Source: Bacteroidetes/Chlorobi group bacterium ChocPot_Mid
Lineage (GTDB): Bacteria > Bacteroidota > Ignavibacteria > Kapaibacteriales > UBA2268
Direction of reading: 5' to 3'
Assembly (NCBI GenBank): GCA_003731675.1
Contig: RCNQ01000108.1
Location: 1 to 32,139 of the forward strand
Length of the DNA stretch: 32,139 nucleotides
The notes under the pieces were generated by a model, which did not search any database, was not told where the DNA came from, and was given only the letters and a program-made list of their open reading frames with translations. Each line of letters starts with the position of its first letter. Position 1 is the stretch's first letter. This document shows positions 10,286 through 18,440 of the stretch, one piece after another. The translations under genes and the position numbers were made by a program.

Positions 10286-10317
10286 TTGATATAGTCAAGA
10301 AAAATTGATTTTATCAA
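10286..10317. promoter_or_regulatory. Tandem palindromic operator candidates TTGAT-N3-RTCAA
   Basis: TTGATATAGTCAA (10286-10298) and TTGATTTTATCAA (10305-10317), just upstream of the SD of the 10333 gene. Confidence 0.5.
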
Positions 10318-10332
10318 ATTATTAGGATAATT

Positions 10333-11007
10333 ATGACTATTGACTATATAATTGAGTTAGCTGAAAATAAAACGGTCTTCTATCAAGTTGATTTAAATCG
10401 AAAATACGACATTAAAGAAAGAGACAATGAACCTGAGTTCTGGGAACATCTTGACTTTCACAAATGCCCTGTTTGTACTTTGGATTCAACAAAAACAAAA
10501 TTTTGTCCTGCTGCTTTAGATATAAGCGATGTCCTTGACTTATTTAAAACAATAAAATCTTATGAATACGCTCAGGTAACAGTAAACACTAATGAGAGAA
10601 GTTATTTCAAAGAATGTGATGCACAAATGGTAGTTGGTTCACTTTTTGGTTTAATAATGGCTACCAGTCAGTGTCCTGTACTCAGAAAGCTAAAATCAAT
10701 GGCAGTCTTCCATCTTCCTTTTGCCACTTATGAAGAATCTCTGGCAAGAACAATTGCTTATTATTTATTGACTGACTATTTAGAATTTAATGGTAATGGT
10801 CAAATGGATAATAAATTGGATAGATTGAAAAAGCTTTATGAGGAACTTGAGATAGTCAACAGAAACTTGAAGAACAGGATAAATCAAGCGAGTATAGAAG
10901 ATTCCGCAATAAATGCTATTGTAAATTTCTTTTCACTTTCAATTTTGATTGGAAAATCACTTAATGAGCAAATTGAAGACCTGAGAGAATATCTTAAGCT
11001 ATTTTAA
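10333..11007 (+). CDS. Conserved hypothetical Cys-motif protein (resembles DUF6901 family)
   Basis: W..LDFHKCPVC.L....FCPAA, SLFGLIMATSQCP and MAVFHLPFA..EE motifs; AGGA SD. Family name from recall, not searched. Confidence 0.7.
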   Translation: MTIDYIIELAENKTVFYQVDLNRKYDIKERDNEPEFWEHLDFHKCPVCTLDSTKTKFCPAALDISDVLDLFKTIKSYEYAQVTVNTNERSYFKECDAQMVVGSLFGLIMATSQCPVLRKLKSMAVFHLPFATYEESLARTIAYYLLTDYLEFNGNGQMDNKLDRLKKLYEELEIVNRNLKNRINQASIEDSAINAIVNFFSLSILIGKSLNEQIEDLREYLKLF

Positions 11008-11109
11008 AAATGCAGTAAAAAGTTTTTAAATTGTATATCACTAAAATTAATAGTAAAAAATACTATTTTTCAAAGAAAATTTGCATTATTGACAATTTTA
11101 TTATAGTTT

Positions 11110-11117
11110 TAACTTTG
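11110..11117 (+). promoter_or_regulatory. Putative -7 promoter element
   Basis: TAACTTTG matches TAnnTTTG, 22 nt upstream of ATG 11140. Confidence 0.45.
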
Positions 11118-11139
11118 GTATGAAAAGAAATTGTAATTA

Positions 11140-14100
11140 ATGCGAAAATTATTAGTAATATTATTTATATTGATAATATATTTTTCTGATTTGCTGAGTC
11201 AGGATATAGGTTCTGCATTTGAGGGAAAGCATTTTTACATTAGTTTTTTACAAAATGAGATACCGGATGCTGAAAGGGTATTTCTTCAGATAATAATGGT
11301 GAGTAATTATCCGGCAGATGTAATTGTCAAAATACCCGGTGAAAGTGACAAGCTGTATTCAATACCTTCAAATTACATACAAAAAATCTATATCAACAGT
11401 TCTCTTGAGTTAGTTGAGAACGAGATGATAGTTCAAAAGTCTATTGAAATAATATCAACTGTACCAATTTTGGTTTATACATTTAGCAGTCAGTTAAATT
11501 CAAGTAGTTGTTTCACAGCAGTACCTGTTAGTCAATGGGGGTATGAATATGTTGTTATGTCTTATCCGAATGACCAGTACACATCAAGTTTTGATTATTG
11601 GGGAAGGTTGGATTCAGCTCTTATGATACCAAGAAAAAGTGAATTTGTTGTAATGGCTTCAGAAAATGATACAAGAGTTGAAATAACCCCAAGAAGTGTA
11701 ACTCAGAGTTTGCGACAGAAAGACCAGCCACATTTTGTAACAATGCAAAAAGGTGATTGCTACTTGGTACAATCTTATGATTTCCCAATTGGTATGGGAG
11801 ATTTGACTGGTTCTCTTGTCAGAAGCGATAAACCTGTTGGTGTTATTTCGGGACATGTCAGAACAGCAGTACCGCAATTTATGGACAGGTATTTCGAGAG
11901 CAAAGACCATATTGCGACAATGCTTACACCAACAAATGCTTGGGGAAGACAGTTTTATTCAGTACCTTTTGAAATGCATAATGGCGGGGATTTATTCAGA
12001 ATAGTAACAATGACTAACAATACCGTTGTAAATGTTGAGATGGAAGACACTTCATTTTCATTTGTAATAGATAATGCTTTTTCATTTAAGGATTTACCTG
12101 CTATTAAAAAACCAGCTAAATGGTCATCAAATAATCCTGTTCAGATTGGTCAATTTATGATGAGAATAGGTGGAATTGAAGATAATTTTGATTACGACCC
12201 TGCTTTGGTAATACTTCCACCAGCTGAGCAATTCGTGCAGAAGATGATTTTTCAGACAGTAGGAAACGAACCTACAAATCCAGAGCAATTTGTGGGTTAT
12301 GAAATTTATGTCATTGCAAATAATGAGGCATTGAGTAGTTTGAAATTGAATAATGATTTGGTCAAAGATGCAAAACCTGAAATAAATAATCAGTTTTTTC
12401 CTGACTCTTTACATCATTGGGTAAGGATACCAATTTCTATGGGAAGTTACAGGCTATCTTGTGATTCAGGGAGTTTTTCAGGAATTGCTTATGCATTTGG
12501 CAGAGCGGACTCTTATGCATTGACATTAGGTTCGTCATTGAGTAATCCTTTTTCGAATGATTCATTGTCTCCTGAAATTGTAATTGGCGAGAATTGCGGA
12601 AATATCTCTGGGACTATTACTGAAGTTATGAATTCAGATGCTTCAGGATTGCTTTTTGCTGTTATGACTGATGCGAGTTTTAATTATTCATTTGAGTTGA
12701 ATCCTAAAATTATGGATTCTACATATTCTACAACTTTTACTGCAAGACCAAAAGATGTAATGAAGGACGGGAAGTTCGTTCTTGAGTATCGTGACAAAAA
12801 CGGAAATGGTAAAAATTATACATACAATTATTATGGTATTAATTTCAACGTTCCCGGAACGATAAGCTTGGGAGTGGTGAATAAAGGAGATACTAATTGC
12901 TTTAAGCATTCAATAAAAGTAAATGGAAATCAAACAGTGCAATTAGATTCTGTGGTCATTCGACCTGATAATGACAGAAGATTTGAATTTAAACCAAAAA
13001 CAGTACTACCTGCAACTTTATATCCTAACGATACTTACGAATTCGAAGTCTGTTTCCATCCCGATAGCTCCTTTGATGATTTATATCAATTATTATATTT
13101 TTATTTCGATTGTAACAGGTTTGATTCTTTGATAGTAATGGGAATGGTGAGATATCCTGATATGGAATTTGTTGGATGGGATTTTGGAGAAGTATGTCTT
13201 GGGGATACTGCCTGGGGTGAAATCAAAATAATAAATACAGGTAATGTATCAGTTTTAATTGATACATTAGATGAGATTCTGGCTAACAATCAATTTGAGA
13301 TTATTTTGAGGGATTCATTGGGAGCTAATTTGTTGCCAAAAAATCTTGGAGCTGGCGAAATAATGTTATTAAAAGTCAGGTATATTCCAAAAAATAAAGG
13401 ATATACAGAGAGAGTTATTACTGCTGTGAATAATTTAAATTTCCAAAATCAAATCAGACTTACAGGTACAGGAATAGCCCCATTTATAAGTTCGACAATA
13501 ATTGATTGGGGTAAAAGAAGAATTGGTTCGATAAATGATACTTTGATATACCTCAAAAATACAGGGGAATGTAAGGCAGATATTTATTATAACGGCTCAG
13601 ACGGAAACTTAATCCCATTTTTTATTGACAGTGTTAAGAATTTAAATACACAGATAGAAATAAATGATAGTCTGGGTTTATTCTTTTCGTTTAATCCTCC
13701 TCAAACACAAAATTATTTACTGGTTACATTTTTTAAGGTTGATTCACCAGGTCATGATTTGGTAAACGTAACAAAAAAAGGTGAAGGAACTCTGCCCATA
13801 ATAAAACCAATAAATATTGAATTTGACACAATTCCAATTTATTCTTTAAAGGATTCTTTATGTTTAGTAATAAAAAGTCTGGGGAATGAAAGACTTTGGA
13901 TTGATTTCAATTCAGTAAGCGGTGATGATAGTTGTTTTATAATTAATGGCAACAATACCTCCATTTTCAAGAACAGATATATTGAACCTGATTCTGCATT
14001 AATTATACCAATTACGTTTAATCCAAAAAAGTTAGGAATGAGCCAAATGACCATTTCATTAAAGCATGACGCATTTCCTGCTTTTAATCGCGGAGATACA

Positions 14101-15162
14101 TCCATAATAATAACGGGATACAGTGTTGAGGTGGATACATTGTCGCCAGATATATATTTTGAAAGTAATCTTGTTTATTTACCTTGTCATGATGATTTGT
14201 TACCTGTATATTTTAAGAATAATGGAAATGTGGATTTATCACTGGACAGTATCTCATTATCATCTGTGAATATTGATGCTAAATGGAATGATAATTTTAC
14301 ATTACCAATTATTATAAAGCCCGATTCTGTGATAACATTATTTGTAAAAATATTCCCAAAGGCAAATGAAACAGGAAAAATAAGTGTTTCCGGAGTATTC
14401 AATGATACAATACATTTTAAATCAGAGGATTTGGAAATTTTAATGAATGTTTTGCCCTTGTCAATTGATGATTTTGGCTTTTTGAATTATAAAATTGGTG
14501 ATAAAGCAACACTTATAATCAGTGGAAAATTTCCGAAAGGTGCACAGATAGCCGTAGATTTTAGTCTTGAGATTGAACTAAAACATAAGTATATGCATTT
14601 AATTAATAATGATTCTAAATTGATGATTATTGATGGCAATGATACAGCGAGATATGATTTGCCATTTTCTCAGACTTTAAATGGTATTGTCGGAAGAACA
14701 AAGGAGGAACTGAGAATAACTGATTCAAGCAGATGGCAGGTTCAGTTAGACTTTCTGACTTTGCTTGCAGAAAAGAATCAGACAACAATGACAGTAAAGG
14801 CAAAATCGGAAATTTGTTATTCTGAAGCAATACGACAGAGTGAATTAAACTTTTATGGAGTGTGTTCATTTGATATCAGAAGAGTTGAATTTGACGAAAC
14901 AGGACTTTTTGATATAGAAATATCACCCAACCCAGTCCGTGAAGAATTATGTATAAAAATTAATTTATTGTCGGATAATTGGATAAATCTTAGTATTTTT
15001 GATGAAAATGGAAAAAAAATTTTACAAAATGAAAATTATTTTTTGAAAAAGGGAACAAATTCTCTTATATTTGAACTTATGCCTTTGGCAAATGGAGTTT
15101 ATATTTTGTCCGCGAGGTCAAAATTGATGTTGAAAAATATAATGTTTATAATAACTAAATAA
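11140..15162 (+). CDS. Large secreted surface protein: IgGFc-binding N-terminal domain, several ASH/choice-of-anchor-D Ig-like repeats, T9SS type A C-terminal domain
   Basis: Signal peptide; GKHFYISF, WGYEYVVMSY, SDKPVGVISGH and WGRQFY (IgGFc-binding-like); DFGEVCLG..I.NTGN, DWGKRRIG..LKNTG and FKNNGN repeats; C-terminal ISPNP...LANGVYIL...K..MFIITK. Confidence 0.85.
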   Translation: MRKLLVILFILIIYFSDLLSQDIGSAFEGKHFYISFLQNEIPDAERVFLQIIMVSNYPADVIVKIPGESDKLYSIPSNYIQKIYINSSLELVENEMIVQKSIEIISTVPILVYTFSSQLNSSSCFTAVPVSQWGYEYVVMSYPNDQYTSSFDYWGRLDSALMIPRKSEFVVMASENDTRVEITPRSVTQSLRQKDQPHFVTMQKGDCYLVQSYDFPIGMGDLTGSLVRSDKPVGVISGHVRTAVPQFMDRYFESKDHIATMLTPTNAWGRQFYSVPFEMHNGGDLFRIVTMTNNTVVNVEMEDTSFSFVIDNAFSFKDLPAIKKPAKWSSNNPVQIGQFMMRIGGIEDNFDYDPALVILPPAEQFVQKMIFQTVGNEPTNPEQFVGYEIYVIANNEALSSLKLNNDLVKDAKPEINNQFFPDSLHHWVRIPISMGSYRLSCDSGSFSGIAYAFGRADSYALTLGSSLSNPFSNDSLSPEIVIGENCGNISGTITEVMNSDASGLLFAVMTDASFNYSFELNPKIMDSTYSTTFTARPKDVMKDGKFVLEYRDKNGNGKNYTYNYYGINFNVPGTISLGVVNKGDTNCFKHSIKVNGNQTVQLDSVVIRPDNDRRFEFKPKTVLPATLYPNDTYEFEVCFHPDSSFDDLYQLLYFYFDCNRFDSLIVMGMVRYPDMEFVGWDFGEVCLGDTAWGEIKIINTGNVSVLIDTLDEILANNQFEIILRDSLGANLLPKNLGAGEIMLLKVRYIPKNKGYTERVITAVNNLNFQNQIRLTGTGIAPFISSTIIDWGKRRIGSINDTLIYLKNTGECKADIYYNGSDGNLIPFFIDSVKNLNTQIEINDSLGLFFSFNPPQTQNYLLVTFFKVDSPGHDLVNVTKKGEGTLPIIKPINIEFDTIPIYSLKDSLCLVIKSLGNERLWIDFNSVSGDDSCFIINGNNTSIFKNRYIEPDSALIIPITFNPKKLGMSQMTISLKHDAFPAFNRGDTSIIITGYSVEVDTLSPDIYFESNLVYLPCHDDLLPVYFKNNGNVDLSLDSISLSSVNIDAKWNDNFTLPIIIKPDSVITLFVKIFPKANETGKISVSGVFNDTIHFKSEDLEILMNVLPLSIDDFGFLNYKIGDKATLIISGKFPKGAQIAVDFSLEIELKHKYMHLINNDSKLMIIDGNDTARYDLPFSQTLNGIVGRTKEELRITDSSRWQVQLDFLTLLAEKNQTTMTVKAKSEICYSEAIRQSELNFYGVCSFDIRRVEFDETGLFDIEISPNPVREELCIKINLLSDNWINLSIFDENGKKILQNENYFLKKGTNSLIFELMPLANGVYILSARSKLMLKNIMFIITK

Positions 15163-15175
15163 TAAAGGTTAAACT

Positions 15176-16009
15176 ATGAAGATTCGTTTACTTCCTTTAG
15201 CGGTAGCAGCGTTAATGCTGACATATATTGTTGATGTACATGCACAAGGTGGTGCAACACCATTAGGACCTGAGGATTTAGGTACAAGTATTTACTTAGG
15301 ACCTTGCTTTGGATATAACAGTGTAAGTCATGCAACCCAAAAGTTAGCTACCTTTGCAGGAGATGCTTACTGTCCATATTTTGAAGGCGGGACCGGTCAA
15401 GGTTTTTATGTAGGATTGACTTATGAACATCACTTAGGTCCAAAAATTGAGGAGTCAACCTCATCAATAATTGGAAGAGTGATTTACAGTATGTATCCTG
15501 GTAGTATGAAGCAACAGGGAGATAAATTCCCATCGTTAATTCCTGACCCTGTGGATCCTACTGGTTGGTCATTTACTACTACAGAGACAGAACATACAAT
15601 TGATATTACTTATAATGTATTAGCATTGGAGGTAATGTACAAGCAAAATGTAGCTGTTGATATTCCTTTAGGTATTACAGCCGGACCAACTTTTGAATAT
15701 CCATTGCAAAAGACAATCCTGCAGGAATATAATATTTTAACACCAAATAATGTCCAGTTTGCTAAATCTGATAAATATACCTATAAAAATAATGACAGGA
15801 CTGTTGTTGTTAAAGATGGTGATATTGAAAATGCTGCGGCAATCAGAATCGGGCTAAAGTTTGGTATTCAATATGAAGTTATAATTGGTGAGGGATATTA
15901 TATTGTACCCGCTGTTTATTATAATTGGAGTTTATTGAATGTTAAATCTGATGAGGATTACAGAATTAATGCTTTTCAGGTAGGTGTTGATATTAGATTT
16001 GCATTATAG
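15176..16009 (+). CDS. Outer-membrane beta-barrel protein (small PorT/OMP-like)
   Basis: Signal peptide (VHA|Q); amphipathic strands GFYVGLTYEH, LGITAGPTFEY and IGLKFGIQYEV; C-terminal strand FQVGVDIRFAL. Confidence 0.75.
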   Translation: MKIRLLPLAVAALMLTYIVDVHAQGGATPLGPEDLGTSIYLGPCFGYNSVSHATQKLATFAGDAYCPYFEGGTGQGFYVGLTYEHHLGPKIEESTSSIIGRVIYSMYPGSMKQQGDKFPSLIPDPVDPTGWSFTTTETEHTIDITYNVLALEVMYKQNVAVDIPLGITAGPTFEYPLQKTILQEYNILTPNNVQFAKSDKYTYKNNDRTVVVKDGDIENAAAIRIGLKFGIQYEVIIGEGYYIVPAVYYNWSLLNVKSDEDYRINAFQVGVDIRFAL

Positions 16010-16027
16010 GATTTTTAATTTTAATTT

Positions 16028-16063
16028 AGCGTCTGTAAATATTTTTACAGACGCTTTTTTTTT
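16028..16063 (+). terminator. Rho-independent terminator
   Basis: 12-bp stem AGCGTCTGTAAA / TTTACAGACGCT, 4-nt loop, T8 tract. Confidence 0.9.
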
Positions 16064-16087
16064 AATACATAGAATTATGGTGAAATA

Positions 16088-16609
16088 ATGGAAGTATTGT
16101 GGGCAGCTTGGCGTTCAAAGTATATACAAGGTTTTAAAGACGAAAAGACAGACCCGAATAATAACCCTTGTTTTATTTGTGAAGCAGTAAATTCATCGGG
16201 AAAGGACAAGGAAATGCTTGTTGTAGAAAGAAAGAAGCATTGCTTTGTAATGTTAAATAAGTATCCCTATAACGGAGGACATACCTTGGTAGCACCTAAC
16301 AGACATGTAGGGGAACTGGAAGAATTGACAGATGAGGAATTACTTGAAATGATGCAGACAGTCAAAGAAACAACAAAAGCATTAAATAAAATGAGTAATC
16401 CCCATGGTTATAATATTGGTATTAATCTTGGGAGGGTATCGGGAGCTGGTCTGCCGGGGCATTTGCATATTCATATTGTCCCACGCTGGCATGGTGATAC
16501 AAGCTTTATGTCTATTTTATCTGACACCAAAGTTGTTTCACAATCTCTTGAAGAAACGCAGGAATTACTATCAAAAGCTTTTAAGAGCATTAAAGAAGAA
16601 AACAAGTAG
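16088..16609 (+). CDS. HIT-family nucleotide hydrolase (Ap4A hydrolase/phosphorylase-like)
   Basis: LWAAWR, CFIC, LNKYPYNGGH and the HLHIHIVPRW histidine triad. Confidence 0.93.
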   Translation: MEVLWAAWRSKYIQGFKDEKTDPNNNPCFICEAVNSSGKDKEMLVVERKKHCFVMLNKYPYNGGHTLVAPNRHVGELEELTDEELLEMMQTVKETTKALNKMSNPHGYNIGINLGRVSGAGLPGHLHIHIVPRWHGDTSFMSILSDTKVVSQSLEETQELLSKAFKSIKEENK

Positions 16610-16624
16610 TCCTTAAAAAATACT

Positions 16625-17458
16625 GTGGAAAAAATCTTACCAAAAAAGTCTCTGGGGCAAAACTTTCTTGTTGATAAAAATATATCAAGGAAAATCATTG
16701 ATTCTTTGGATATTCAGTCAAATGATGTTATTATCGAAATTGGTTGTGGTACAGGTGCTTTAACAGAGTTACTGTTGAATTCTAAACCAGATTTTTTAGT
16801 ATCATACGATATAGACCAGAGAGCTATTGATTCTGTAAAAAAATTATTGGCTAGCTCGAAATATAAGAATTTTGAAGTTATTCATTCGGACATCAGAAGC
16901 GTTCAAATCTCTGATATTGTCAAGAAATACAATTTGAATTCAAAGAAAGTTAAAGTAATCGGGAATATACCTTACAATATATCAGGGGATATTTTTTTCT
17001 GGATTTTTGAGCAATGTAGTTTTGTGGAAAAATCAGTCATAATGATTCAAAAGGAAGTAGCTCAAAGATTAACCGCCAAACCCAAGACAAAATCTTATGG
17101 AATAACCACAGTAGCTTTGAACCTGATAGGCAATTGCAGGTTACTTTTTGATGTAAGTCCAAAATGTTTTTATCCTGTCCCGAAAGTAACATCCACTGTT
17201 GTAGAAATTATACCTGATGATAAGAAGTATTCAAAAATTAATTTCAAAGAAATTATGATTCTTGTCAAAATGGCTTTTAATCAAAGAAGAAAGATTTTGA
17301 GGAATGCTCTGAAGGAATATATCAATGAGAAAATCGGAAATGAGCAGATTGAAACACTAACAGAAAGTATATCTCATTACTTAACCCAAAGAGCAGAACA
17401 ATTAACTGTAAATGATTTTATTCAGCTTTATAACGTTTTGAATGAATCTAAGAAATAA
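16625..17458 (+). CDS. rsmA: 16S rRNA adenine dimethyltransferase RsmA/KsgA
   Basis: KKSLGQNFL, EIGCGTGALT, GNIPYNIS, MIQKEVAQR and F.QRRK.LRN motifs; GTG start. Confidence 0.97.
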   Translation: MEKILPKKSLGQNFLVDKNISRKIIDSLDIQSNDVIIEIGCGTGALTELLLNSKPDFLVSYDIDQRAIDSVKKLLASSKYKNFEVIHSDIRSVQISDIVKKYNLNSKKVKVIGNIPYNISGDIFFWIFEQCSFVEKSVIMIQKEVAQRLTAKPKTKSYGITTVALNLIGNCRLLFDVSPKCFYPVPKVTSTVVEIIPDDKKYSKINFKEIMILVKMAFNQRRKILRNALKEYINEKIGNEQIETLTESISHYLTQRAEQLTVNDFIQLYNVLNESKK

Positions 17459-18395
17459 TTTTGATATGGTATACAAAAAATTCATAAGCTTGACACATAA
17501 TTTTCAGGTAACAGACTATTACCATCTCTTTATGTTGCTATTTTATACAGTTTGTGCTGTTACTTTCATTCAATCAGTAAATAGTCCTTTTTTTTATATA
17601 TCGGCAAATATTTCATTATCTGTCATGATTGTTGTTATGTCGGTAATGAGCAACAGATTGAGAGATAACAGAAACTTCAAATTATTTCAAAGAGTCATTA
17701 TGGCTCCTCTGGTTTATTTTATTTACTCTCAGGTTCAACAATATATCCGCTTTATCAATCCTTACGAATTTGATAGTATCTTGATATCATGTGATAGATT
17801 TTTATTTGGTACTGACCCAACCGTCTGGCTTCATAAGATTTCTTTTCCATTGTTAACAGAATTTTTACAAATATCTTATATGACATATTTTTTAATGCCA
17901 TTAATACAGGGGATAGAACTGCATTTCAAAGGTGATGACAAAATTTTTAATAAATTTGCAGGATTGATTATCTTTTGTTTCTATTTATCATACCTACTGT
18001 ATTTCTGTATGCCTGCAATCGGACCAAGATTTACTTTACATGATTTTGGTTTAACCTCACTTGAACTTCCGGGAATTTGGATTACAGACACTTTGAGGGC
18101 AATTGTTAATCAGGGTGGCGGAATTCCTGCAGGAGCATTGAATCCTGCCTTATACGTCAACAGAGACTGTATGCCGAGCGGTCATACAATGATGACACTG
18201 ATGAATTTAATTTTGGCATTCCGTTTGAAATCAAAATTCAGATGGGTATTTTTAGTTTTTGGTGTCAGTTTGATTTTTGGAACGGTCTATCTTAGGTATC
18301 ATTATGTCGTTGATGTTTTAGCAGGAATAATTTTCTGCTTACTTGCTCTATGGATTGAGCCAAAGATAAGCAGATTATTAAAAAGGAAGAATTAA
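17442..18395 (+). CDS. PAP2-superfamily integral membrane phosphoesterase/phosphotransferase (Aur1/PAP2_3-like)
   Basis: Multiple TMs; PAIGPR, CMPSGH and YLRYHYVVDV motifs. The true start may be the downstream ATG at 17466. Confidence 0.88.
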   Translation: MNLRNNFDMVYKKFISLTHNFQVTDYYHLFMLLFYTVCAVTFIQSVNSPFFYISANISLSVMIVVMSVMSNRLRDNRNFKLFQRVIMAPLVYFIYSQVQQYIRFINPYEFDSILISCDRFLFGTDPTVWLHKISFPLLTEFLQISYMTYFLMPLIQGIELHFKGDDKIFNKFAGLIIFCFYLSYLLYFCMPAIGPRFTLHDFGLTSLELPGIWITDTLRAIVNQGGGIPAGALNPALYVNRDCMPSGHTMMTLMNLILAFRLKSKFRWVFLVFGVSLIFGTVYLRYHYVVDVLAGIIFCLLALWIEPKISRLLKRKN

Positions 18396-18440
18396 TTTAC
18401 AAGTCACAACTATGAAATACTCAATTTTTCCCCAATTCAA

